From Patescibacteria group bacterium UBA6532 (lineage in GTDB: Bacteria > Patescibacteriota > Minisyncoccia > Minisyncoccales > UBA6532), in NCBI GenBank assembly GCA_002434805.1, contig DJKW01000001.1, positions 87,985 through 148,151 on the forward strand: DNA of 60,167 nucleotides, read 5' to 3'. The translations under genes and the position numbers were made by a program. Every line of letters starts with the position of its first letter. Within the stretch, counting starts at the first letter, position 1. The notes under the pieces were generated by a model. That model was given only the letters and a program-made list of their open reading frames with translations, did not search any database and was not told the DNA's origin. Positions 53,450-60,167 of this stretch are shown here, in pieces.

Positions 53450-54637
53450 TTAATTTTCCACAACTAGTCCCAGATTAGTTGTAAGGTACTCTTTTGTCTC
53501 AACTTTCTTTAATCCTTTAGCGATAAGTTCTTTAATATCTAATTTGCTCTCTATCTTTTTAATTTCTTTTAACCTTGATTTGGTTTTCGGGTGTTTTGGT
53601 ATAAAAAGCTGGCAGCAGTCTTGGTCAGGAATAATAGAAATACTATATGTATCAATTTCTTTGGCTTGGGAAATAATCTCTTCCTTGTCCATGCCGATTA
53701 ACGGCCTAAAAATAGGCAAAGAAGAAGCATCCTCTATTACTGCTAAATTCTCTAATGTTTGGGAGGCAACTTGACCGAGGCTTTCTCCGGTTATTAAAGC
53801 TTTAGCCTCTTCTTTTTCAGCGATCTGCTCGGCAATTTTAATCATTAATCGTCTATAGATTAAAACTCGGTAAGGGGCAGGAATATTAAGCATAACTTCG
53901 CGTTGAATGTCGCCAAAGGGAACTAAATAAAGGCGAGAAGAATATTGATATTTATTTAAAACCTTAACTAATTCCTTAACTTTATCTTGGGAAGCTCGGC
54001 TCAAATAGGGATAGCTGTGAAAATGAACAAATGTAACTTGAGATCCCCTTTTCATCATTCGCCAAGAAGCGACTGGAGAATCAATGCCCCCAGACAATAA
54101 GCTTACCATTTTGCCGCTAACGCCGACCGGCAATCCTCCCGGCCCCTTAATCTTTTGGAAATAGAATAGAATTTCTTTTGAGAGGACTTCTATAAAAACA
54201 ATGAATTCGGGCTCTTTAAGATTAACTTTGGCTTTGCTTGTCTTTCTGATAAAATCTCCGATCTTTCGGTTGAGATCTTCTGAATTCAAGGAAAATTCTT
54301 TATTGGCCCTCTTAGAAGTAATCCTAAAGCTTTTAAAGCTCTTTTTGCTGATTTCTTTTTTCAACCCTATTTTTAATTTCTTTAAATCAAGGGAAGTTGT
54401 AAAAACCAAAGAAAAATTGGCTATGCCAAAAACGGTTTTCAGCTTGCCTCTTATTAAATCCCAGTTTCCATCTAAATTGCCAAAGTAAAGAAAAATCCTG
54501 CTTTCTTTGTGTATAATCTTTTCTAATCCCAAGCCCTTTAAGGATAATTTAATATTATCTTTTAATTTTGCCACAAAAATGGGGCGGTTTCTCCCCTTTA
54601 AAGCAATTTCGTGATAGTGAACTAAAACAATTTTCAT
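53450..54637 (-). CDS. thiI: tRNA 4-thiouridine synthase ThiI (no rhodanese domain)
   Basis: N-terminus MKIVLVHYHEIALKGRNR, THUMP region, PP-loop SGGIDSPVA. ATG at 54637 preferred over the TTG at 54652. Confidence 0.92.
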   Translation of the reverse strand: MKIVLVHYHEIALKGRNRPIFVAKLKDNIKLSLKGLGLEKIIHKESRIFLYFGNLDGNWDLIRGKLKTVFGIANFSLVFTTSLDLKKLKIGLKKEISKKSFKSFRITSKRANKEFSLNSEDLNRKIGDFIRKTSKAKVNLKEPEFIVFIEVLSKEILFYFQKIKGPGGLPVGVSGKMVSLLSGGIDSPVASWRMMKRGSQVTFVHFHSYPYLSRASQDKVKELVKVLNKYQYSSRLYLVPFGDIQREVMLNIPAPYRVLIYRRLMIKIAEQIAEKEEAKALITGESLGQVASQTLENLAVIEDASSLPIFRPLIGMDKEEIISQAKEIDTYSISIIPDQDCCQLFIPKHPKTKSRLKEIKKIESKLDIKELIAKGLKKVETKEYLTTNLGLVVEN

Positions 54638-54650
54638 AATAAAGTCTCTC

Positions 54651-54680
54651 AAAAACGCCCTTCTATGAATTTAAGGGCGC
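54651..54680 (-). terminator. Intrinsic terminator immediately upstream of thiI
   Basis: Minus strand reads (G)CGCCCUU-AAAUUCAUAG-AAGGGCG followed by UUUUU. The U-tract ends 13 nt before the thiI ATG. Confidence 0.7.
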
Positions 54681-54687
54681 TTTTGTT

Positions 54688-54826
54688 GGGTCCTACATAT
54701 CTTACCTAGAGATTTTTCTGCAAAATACTAAGTGGGTGCCCGCATGACTAGCCCACGAGCCAATCATATGTAAGGCTCCCTTTAAAAGATAATCGCAGAA
54801 TCAACTAGAAAGCTCTAGCAGGACCC
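54688..54826 (-). ncRNA. Unclassified structured RNA; candidate cis-regulatory leader (riboswitch or attenuator) of thiI
   Basis: The 5' GGGUCCUGC pairs with the 3' GUAGGACCC. Inner helices are CUAGAG/CUCUAG and UUCUGC/GCAGAA. Two abutting hairpins are GAGCC[12 nt]GGCUC and GUGGG[15 nt]CCCAC. Flanked by a promoter and a terminator on the same strand. Confidence 0.6.
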
Positions 54827-54833
54827 TTATATT

Positions 54834-54842
54834 ATTATATCA
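54834..54842 (-). promoter_or_regulatory. Extended -10 promoter TGATATAAT for the structured RNA
   Basis: Minus strand reads TGATATAAT-AATATAA-GGGUCC. Starts 5 nt after the ndk stop codon. Confidence 0.55.
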
Positions 54843-54846
54843 CAAA

Positions 54847-55443
54847 TTAAAACATTATATCCTCTTCCGCCCTCTTGTAGTCGTGAATCTCTTCTGGAGC
54901 AAACCAAAAGTTAATCTCGTGCTCAGCTTCCTCTGGGCTTTCGGAAGCGTGGATTATATTATGAATACTGCGCTTGTCTCTATTGGCGGCCGTAGCATCA
55001 TCTACTGAAAAATCACCCCTAATGGTTCCCATTTCTGCTTGGCCGGGCATGGTGGAGCCAACTATCTTTCTCACCATATTTACAGCGTGAATCCCGCTGA
55101 CCACCATTTTAACCATGGGGCCTGAAGTCATATAATCTAAGAGCCAGCTCCTAACCGCCTTTCCTATCTCAGTGGGATCTGCTGTTCCAAACTCTTTCTT
55201 GTCTTTAGAATCAATGCCGTATTCTTCATAGTTCTTTAGGGTTTTACTTCCCAATCTCTTAATCCATTTCTCATCTTTTGGATAGTGATCGTCTATTTGT
55301 TTTTTAGATGGCTGGAACATTTCTAAAGCGATTATTTTCAATCCCCTTTTCTCAATCCTAGAAACTATCTCGCCAACCAAACCCCGCTTTACTCCGTCGG
55401 GCTTAATTATAATAACTGTTTTTTCTTCTTTGGGATGCATCAT
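54847..55443 (-). CDS. ndk: Nucleoside diphosphate kinase with internal insertion
   Basis: TVIIIKPDGVKRGLVGEIVSRIEKRGLKI. Catalytic His in NIIHASES. 198 aa. Confidence 0.88.
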   Translation of the reverse strand: MMHPKEEKTVIIIKPDGVKRGLVGEIVSRIEKRGLKIIALEMFQPSKKQIDDHYPKDEKWIKRLGSKTLKNYEEYGIDSKDKKEFGTADPTEIGKAVRSWLLDYMTSGPMVKMVVSGIHAVNMVRKIVGSTMPGQAEMGTIRGDFSVDDATAANRDKRSIHNIIHASESPEEAEHEINFWFAPEEIHDYKRAEEDIMF

Positions 55444-55452
55444 ATATTATAT

Positions 55453-56328
55453 TTATAGCACCTGCCTAAAAATTTGCAAATAATTTAATTGAATTCCATC
55501 GCTAATTATTTTTATATCCCCCATCAAATCTGTCCTCAAAACCTTAATGCCAGATACATTATCTAAAGTTTCCTGGTGAGGGTGATCAAATTTATTATCT
55601 TTACCAACTGAAATGACAACAATCTCCGGCGAGACAGCTTCAATAAACTCTTTGGCGCTGGAGGTTTTGCTGCCGTGATGCCCGGCTTTAAGAATATCAG
55701 AATCAATATTAATTTCAGCTTTAATGAGTTTTCTCTCCACTGATTTTATAGCATCACCGGTAAATAAAAATGAATTTTCCCCAAAGACCAAACGAGCAAC
55801 TATGGAAGTATTATTGCTATTCTTGCTTTCTTGGCCCTCTAAACTCTCAAATGGATAAAAAATATCTATATTTGAGTTCAATAGCGTTATTCTTTGGCCA
55901 GCCCGAGCAATTTTTATTTCAGCTCCCTCATTCTCAATAACTTCCAGCCATTCTCGGTATTCAGCCGTATCCCGAACAACTCCGGTCCAGAGAATATTAT
56001 CTACTTTATATCTCTTTAAAACTTCAATTAACCCGGCCATATGATCGTGCTCTGGATGAGTTAAAATAACGAGATCAATAGATCTGTCCCAAAAAGGCAT
56101 TTCCTTTCCTAGTTTCTCTAAAATAGTTGAATCTGGCCCTCCGTCAATTAAAATTTGCTCTTTATTGGGAGTTTCAATAAAAATGCTGTCTCCCTGGCCA
56201 ATATAAAAAAAGTTAACTTCAAGAAACTTGGACTGGCTTAAATTAAAAACAGCCGACCAAGCTAAGATATTAAGAAAAAAGAGAAAAGTCAAAGCTCCTA
56301 GAATAAAATTTTTGATATTCTTCCTCAT
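55453..56328 (-). CDS. Membrane-anchored ComEC-type metallo-beta-lactamase domain protein
   Basis: N-terminal TM helix. YIGQGDSIFIETPNKEQILIDGG, HPEHDHMAG, GHHGS are typical of the C-terminal MBL domain of ComEC/Rec2. Confidence 0.8.
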   Translation of the reverse strand: MRKNIKNFILGALTFLFFLNILAWSAVFNLSQSKFLEVNFFYIGQGDSIFIETPNKEQILIDGGPDSTILEKLGKEMPFWDRSIDLVILTHPEHDHMAGLIEVLKRYKVDNILWTGVVRDTAEYREWLEVIENEGAEIKIARAGQRITLLNSNIDIFYPFESLEGQESKNSNNTSIVARLVFGENSFLFTGDAIKSVERKLIKAEINIDSDILKAGHHGSKTSSAKEFIEAVSPEIVVISVGKDNKFDHPHQETLDNVSGIKVLRTDLMGDIKIISDGIQLNYLQIFRQVL

Positions 56329-56426
56329 GGTTACTTCTTTAGCATATCAGGAAAATAAAAAAGCTCAAAAAATACAAATCTTGACAGAATCAAATTAAAA
56401 ATTAATATAAATAAAGAGGAATATAA

Positions 56427-56762
56427 ATGGAACTTTTAAAAATACAAAAGGAAATCTTGATGCATCTTCTACGTTCTCACATAGAAAACAAATCAGGATA
56501 TCAGGAAGAAAGATCGCTAGAAAAAGAAATTAGAGAATTAAGGATAGCCAGAAGATTATTTATTAAACTATTCCAAGAATTAAAACTGCCAAAGTTATAT
56601 GAGAAAGAATATCTATCAATGGGTCTACTGGACTTTGTATCAGATGAATATCTTGAAGGGATAGCGACAGGTAAGATAGGTACTCATTCGGAATTGTATT
56701 ATAGAGCAAAATATTTTTGGAAGAATAGATCAAAATATCAAGGTCTTATTAAAGATCTTTAA
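56427..56762 (+). CDS. Orphan hypothetical protein
   Basis: 111-aa ORF. GAGGA sits 6 nt upstream of the ATG and TTGACA lies at 56381-56386. A 14-bp perfect terminator follows directly. No recognisable motif. Confidence 0.55.
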   Translation: MELLKIQKEILMHLLRSHIENKSGYQEERSLEKEIRELRIARRLFIKLFQELKLPKLYEKEYLSMGLLDFVSDEYLEGIATGKIGTHSELYYRAKYFWKNRSKYQGLIKDL

Positions 56763-56771
56763 TAAGTTTTC

Positions 56772-56811
56772 AAACAGAGTGTTTTAAATAATAAAACACT
56801 CTGTTTTATTT
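56772..56811 (+). terminator. Strong intrinsic terminator after the orphan ORF
   Basis: AAACAGAGTGTTTT-AAATAAT-AAAACACTCTGTTT forms a perfect 14-bp stem, followed by TATTT. Confidence 0.75.
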
Positions 56812-56818
56812 AAAACCT

Positions 56819-56839
56819 AAAAGCCGCCTTTTCGGCGAC
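56819..56839 (-). terminator. Intrinsic terminator for the DUF5679-like gene (usable in both directions)
   Basis: Minus strand reads GUCGCC-GAAAA-GGCGGC followed by UUUUAGGUUUU. The plus strand is also followed by TTTTT. Confidence 0.55.
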
Positions 56840-56853
56840 TTTTTAGTTGATTT

Positions 56854-56871
56854 TGAAATGTCGACATTTCA
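56854..56871. repeat. 18-nt perfect palindrome TGAAATGTCGACATTTCA
   Basis: Self-complementary over 18 nt. Lies 10 nt downstream of the DUF5679-like stop codon. Confidence 0.8.
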
Positions 56872-56881
56872 GAACTTCCTT

Positions 56882-57040
56882 CTAGGCCTTTCCCATAATT
56901 CTAAACATCTTTGTACTGCACTTTGGGCAGGTTCCAGTCATGGCTCTTCTTTTTGCCCCGCCTTTTCCTTTCATGCTCACTTCTTTAGCACCTACCATTT
57001 CTCTTTTTGCTTTGCATTTTACGCAATAACCTTCAGTCAT
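56882..57040 (-). CDS. DUF5679-like small zinc-ribbon protein (not in supplied ORF track)
   Basis: Hand translation gives MTEGYCVKCKAKREMVGAKEVSMKGKGGAKRRAMTGTCPKCSTKMFRIMGKA (52 aa). The CxxC...CxxC pattern and GYCVKCK / CPKC..KMFRI match my recollection of the DUF5679 family. Confidence 0.7.
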   Translation of the reverse strand: MTEGYCVKCKAKREMVGAKEVSMKGKGGAKRRAMTGTCPKCSTKMFRIMGKA

Positions 57041-57103
57041 AGTTTAGATATTAAATATTAGCTAATAGATTAATCTATAATCGACCTTTAGGTTATAGTA
57101 TGT

Positions 57104-57119
57104 TTCTCCTTAAGGAGAA
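57104..57119. repeat. 16-nt perfect palindrome TTCTCCTTAAGGAGAA
   Basis: Self-complementary. Sits between the zupT stop and the DUF5679-like gene and has no U-tract. Neighbouring smaller palindromes are TAGATTAATCTA (57067-57078) and TTAGCTAA (57058-57065). Confidence 0.75.
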
Positions 57120-57163
57120 TTCTTCACACCTTTATACTACCTTAGTTTAAGCGAAAAATCCAG

Positions 57164-57919
57164 TCAAGTATAAATTCTTAACAGCCACATTAATCCTATC
57201 CCCAGTAAAAATACTGAAAAATGGATTAAGGATCTTTTGGTGCTCACTTTTTCTTTGATCTCGGGGATTAAATCCGAAGAAGCTATATAGATAAAGTTTC
57301 CAGCGGCAAAAGGCAGTAAGAAGACAATTGACCCCTCTAATCTTTGAGATAGCAAAAACCCCACAACTCCCCCAAGAACCAAAGTAAGAGCAGATAAGAA
57401 ATTAAGAAGGAGAGCTTTTTTCTTTTCAAATCCGCCGTGAACCAAAACTCCGAAATCACCGATTTCCTGGGGAATTTCATGGATGCCCACGGCCAAAGAA
57501 GCGGCTATCCCTGTGGGTATGCTGATTATAAAGGAGCCGGCAATAATCAAACCGTCGATAAAATTATGAAAACTACCGCTAATTAGAATTAAATAAGAAA
57601 AAGGCGTCACTTTTGAATAAGTTTTGGCAGAATGGTGATGCCAATTAATAAACTGCTCTAATATAAAAAAGGTGCAAAATCCAAAAATCACGTATAAAAA
57701 TATCTTCAAAATCGCTGGCTCTTTGGCGCCGACTCCATTAATAGCTTCTGGTATCAAATGTAAAAAAGCCCCGCCGATCAAGGCGCCGGCGGAAAAAGCC
57801 ACCAGGATCAAAAGAATTTTATTAAGAAGTTTTTCTTTAAGGAACAAAGCAAAAGCACCGACTAAAGAAGTCAAAGAAATCAAGAAGGTGCTTAAAATTA
57901 TTAAAAATAAAGTTGTCAT
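57164..57919 (-). CDS. zupT: ZIP-family divalent metal transporter (ZupT-like)
   Basis: HEIPQEIGDFGVL motif, 8 predicted TM helices, 251 aa. Starts 5 nt after the copA stop. Confidence 0.88.
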   Translation of the reverse strand: MTTLFLIILSTFLISLTSLVGAFALFLKEKLLNKILLILVAFSAGALIGGAFLHLIPEAINGVGAKEPAILKIFLYVIFGFCTFFILEQFINWHHHSAKTYSKVTPFSYLILISGSFHNFIDGLIIAGSFIISIPTGIAASLAVGIHEIPQEIGDFGVLVHGGFEKKKALLLNFLSALTLVLGGVVGFLLSQRLEGSIVFLLPFAAGNFIYIASSDLIPEIKEKVSTKRSLIHFSVFLLGIGLMWLLRIYT

Positions 57920-57924
57920 TGTAT

Positions 57925-60167
57925 TTATCCCCTCTTTAGCCTTAAAGAATTTAATACTACAGATAAAGAACTAAAAACCATGGCAACGGCGGCAAAAATC
58001 GGGTTAAGAAGAATTCCAAAAAATGGATATAAGACTCCGGCGGCAACCGGGATAAAGGCAGAATTATAGAAAAATGCCCAGAATAAGTTTTGTTTAATGA
58101 TTGTTAGGGTTCTTCTGGAAAGAATGATTACCTCAGGAATTAAGGTTAGATCGCCTCTCATTAAAGTAATTTCAGCTGACTCCATGGCAATATCGGTTCC
58201 CTCTCCCATGGCAATACCCAAATCAGCTTGAGCTAGGGCAGGAGCATCGTTAATACCGTCTCCGGCCATAGCTACCAACTTTCCTTTTTTCTGGAACTCT
58301 TTCACTTTTTCCGCTTTGTCTTGAGGCAAAACTCCGGCCATTATATTTTCTATTCCCACCTGCTGGCCAATGGCTTGAGCCACTCTTTCATTGTCTCCGG
58401 TAATCATCCAGACTTCCAAGCCCTCTTTCTTTAAAGAGCTTATTGTTTTAAGTGCTTTATCTTTTAAGGTGTCGGCAATAGCCAAAAGCCCTCTTATTTT
58501 ATTATCTATAACCAATACTACCACAGTTTTTCCTTCTTTTTCTAATTTATCCATCCTTCCCTCAACATCTTCCAAAGAAACAGCCAATTCTTTTACTAAA
58601 GCTCTATTGCCCACAACTCCAAAAACTTCTCTTCCTCCTGATATTAAATATCCTTTTACTCCCTTTCCGGTAATAGCTTCAAAATTCTTTACTTCAAATA
58701 ATTCTAATTTTTTAGCTTTGGCTTCCTTAATAATTGGTTTTGCCAAATGATGCTCAGAGTACTTCTCCAAACTGGCCGCCAGCCTCAAGACATCTTCGTT
58801 TTTGTTATTAAAGGAGATGATGTCAGTTAGCTCTGGTTTACCCTTGGTTATGGTTCCTGTTTTATCAAGAATAATGGTCTTTATCTTATGGGCGATTTCC
58901 AAGCTGCCAGCGTCCTTGATTAATATTCCTTTTTGGGCCGCCTTGCCAGTAGAAACCATAATGGCTAGAGGGGTTGCCAACCCTAAAGCGCAAGGACAAG
59001 CAATAATTAATACGGCTACAAAGTTAACTAGGGCAAAGGTAAAAGCCGGGGTGGGACCAAAAAAGAACCAGACAAGAAATGTTAAAACGGCGATAACAAT
59101 GACCACTGGAACAAAATAAGAAGAAACCTTATCGGCTAATCTTTGAATGGGCGCTTTAGAGACCTGAGCCTGTTCCACCATTTTAATTATCTGGGCCAAT
59201 AAAGTCTCTTTTCCGACTTTAGTGGCTCTAAACGTCAAAACCCCTGAAAGATTTATTGTTGATCCTATAACTTTGGCGCCTTTTTCTTTAGTAACCGGCA
59301 TTGATTCTCCCGTCACCAAAGACTCGTCAACCGAAGATTTGCCGTCTAAAACTTGGCCGTCAACCGGTATTTTTTCTCCAGGTTTGACTAAAATCTTATC
59401 TCCAACCCTTACTTCTTCTATGGGAATCTCTTTTTCTTCTCCTCCTTTGATTACTCTTGCCGTTTTAGCTCCCAATTTCATCAACTTCTTAATGGCTTCG
59501 GAAACCCGTCCCTTAGCCATCATTTCAAGATATCTGCCGAATAAAATCAAAGTAATAATAAGGGCTGCTGTATCAAAATAGACTTTAGGGGTCTGGCCGG
59601 CAAATTGAAAAAATGCCGGAAAGAAAGTTACGGCCGAGCTATAAAGATAAGCAGATAAGGTTCCTATGGCAATTAAGGTATTCATGTCTGCTGTTCGATA
59701 TTTTACCAAAATTAGCAATCCCCGATAAAACTTAGACCCTATCCAAAACTGAACCGGCGTTGCCAGTAAAAACAAAGTGAAATAATTCGATAAAAACTCA
59801 GGGACAAAAGGAAGCCATTCGGGAAAACTGCCTAAAAATATAATTACTGAAAGAATTCCTCCAACTAAAACTTTTTTCTTTAAAACAGAGATCTCTTTTT
59901 CTTGCTCAATTTTTTCTAACTCTAAAACATCTTTAGCCTCAGAAGTTTCTTTTATTACCTCATATCCTGAATCATCAATAACTTTCTCAATTTGAAGATT
60001 ACTAACTTTTCCCGGATCAAAAGTAGCTTTGACTCTAGCATTGCTATAATCTACTTCGACTTTTTCAATACCAGGCAGGGTTTTTATAGCTTTTTCAACG
60101 ATCATCGCACAGTGAGGCGAATCCATGCCAACAACCTTCAAGGATAAAAATTCCTTACCCGTTGAAG
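57925..60167 (-). CDS. copA: Copper-translocating P1B-type ATPase (5' end at or beyond the window edge)
   Basis: CPC motif ([13 protein letters not shown]), [16 protein letters not shown]-terminal HMA-like domain. The reading frame stays open from the TTG at 60141 up to position 60167. Confidence 0.92.
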   Translation of the reverse strand, partial: STGKEFLSLKVVGMDSPHCAMIVEKAIKTLPGIEKVEVDYSNARVKATFDPGKVSNLQIEKVIDDSGYEVIKETSEAKDVLELEKIEQEKEISVLKKKVLVGGILSVIIFLGSFPEWLPFVPEFLSNYFTLFLLATPVQFWIGSKFYRGLLILVKYRTADMNTLIAIGTLSAYLYSSAVTFFPAFFQFAGQTPKVYFDTAALIITLILFGRYLEMMAKGRVSEAIKKLMKLGAKTARVIKGGEEKEIPIEEVRVGDKILVKPGEKIPVDGQVLDGKSSVDESLVTGESMPVTKEKGAKVIGSTINLSGVLTFRATKVGKETLLAQIIKMVEQAQVSKAPIQRLADKVSSYFVPVVIVIAVLTFLVWFFFGPTPAFTFALVNFVAVLIIACPCALGLATPLAIMVSTGKAAQKGILIKDAGSLEIAHKIKTIILDKTGTITKGKPELTDIISFNNKNEDVLRLAASLEKYSEHHLAKPIIKEAKAKKLELFEVKNFEAITGKGVKGYLISGGREVFGVVGNRALVKELAVSLEDVEGRMDKLEKEGKTVVVLVIDNKIRGLLAIADTLKDKALKTISSLKKEGLEVWMITGDNERVAQAIGQQVGIENIMAGVLPQDKAEKVKEFQKKGKLVAMAGDGINDAPALAQADLGIAMGEGTDIAMESAEITLMRGDLTLIPEVIILSRRTLTIIKQNLFWAFFYNSAFIPVAAGVLYPFFGILLNPIFAAVAMVFSSLSVVLNSLRLKRG

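Noticed and set aside
54688-54826. TPP (THI-box) riboswitch upstream of thiI.
   Set aside because: ThiI has a thiamine link, so I looked for the TPP aptamer core on both strands. Neither CUGAGA nor ACCUGAUCUGG/UAAUGCCAGCG-like sequences are present. The GGGUGCC string occurs only on the strand opposite to thiI.
54688-54826. SRP (4.5S) RNA or 6S RNA gene.
   Set aside because: Both are ncRNAs with paired ends and a terminator. SRP RNA should be a single hairpin with a GNRA (GGAA) apex and AGCA/GGCAG loops, and none are present. 6S RNA is a single long hairpin with a central bubble. This RNA instead has two abutting internal hairpins, and its terminator sits directly on the thiI start. Only a covariance-model search can settle this.
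56381-56411. TTGACA-based promoter for the orphan ORF as a confident feature.
   Set aside because: The best -10-like hexamers (AATATA or TATAAA) need 17-19-nt spacers. They would also place the transcription start inside the GAGGA Shine-Dalgarno sequence. It is mentioned in the evidence but not listed as a feature.
56858-57061. 67-aa plus-strand ORF in the track (MSTFQNFLLGLSHNSKH...).
   Set aside because: It is a shadow ORF. The opposite strand encodes a well-formed 52-aa CxxC...CxxC protein with terminator hairpins in the correct orientation. The plus-strand translation is Phe/Ser/His-rich, low-complexity sequence.
1-60167. CRISPR arrays, transposases, integrases, prophage or defence islands.
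   Set aside because: I scanned the intergenic regions and ORF translations and found no direct-repeat/spacer arrays, no DDE, tyrosine or serine recombinase motifs, and no clusters of orphan genes larger than the 0.8-kb island at 56329-57163.
1-60167. Alternative genetic code (UGA recoding), as seen in some CPR lineages.
   Set aside because: All conserved genes are intact under the standard code. TGA appears as a genuine stop, for example in lepB, rpmB and zupT.

Overview
AT-rich, very gene-dense bacterial window, with most genes on the minus strand and many 1-4 nt gaps or overlaps between them. The content is almost entirely housekeeping.

Layout in coordinate order:
- 1-235: three-tRNA cluster (Asp, Met, and a second, atypical CAT tRNA).
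- 298-11609: gatCA, two mreB paralogs, proS, rseP, frr, holB, murA, htrA.
- 11205-12789: a minimal nifS-nifU pair.
- 12794-16872: a four-gene envelope-glycan cluster.
- 16925-24533: comEC-ftsZ-ftsA-ybeY, then yqeY-rpsU-HIT-hisS-lepB.
- 24598-31692, plus strand: pth-mfd-topA-rel and tRNA-Leu.
- 31740-35578: nucleotide-salvage and membrane genes.
- 35906-52398: one uninterrupted 16.5-kb ribosomal superoperon, rpsL-rpsG-fusA-(small ORF)-tuf-rpsJ through secY-adk-map.
- 52467-60167: an M50 protease, rpmB with tRNA-Pro, thiI, ndk, a stand-alone ComEC-type metallo-beta-lactamase, a small two-gene island, and zupT-copA.

S5 overlaps L15 with no L30 gene between them. Several proteins are compact (Mfd, ProRS, FtsZ), and some ribosomal proteins carry Lys-rich extensions or zinc ribbons. 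Together this is consistent with a reduced-genome Candidate Phyla Radiation (Patescibacteria) organism; that placement is an inference, not a database result. No CRISPR array, transposase, integrase or prophage signal was seen.

Most interesting observations:
1. A 139-nt branched structured RNA sits between ndk and thiI. It has its own extended -10 promoter and an intrinsic terminator ending 13 nt before the thiI start codon. This is the architecture of an unclassified riboswitch or attenuator, and I could not match it to any family I know.
2. TGnTAnnnT extended -10 elements recur 6-10 nt upstream of ATG codons that lack a Shine-Dalgarno sequence, suggesting leaderless mRNAs.
3. A small Phd/YefM-like ORF is wedged between fusA and tuf.
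4. FtsZ ends right after its globular core, with no C-terminal FtsA-binding tail.
5. A palindrome-rich island holds an orphan ORF and a DUF5679-type zinc-ribbon gene that the ORF track missed.
6. A CAT-anticodon tRNA has non-canonical D- and T-loops.
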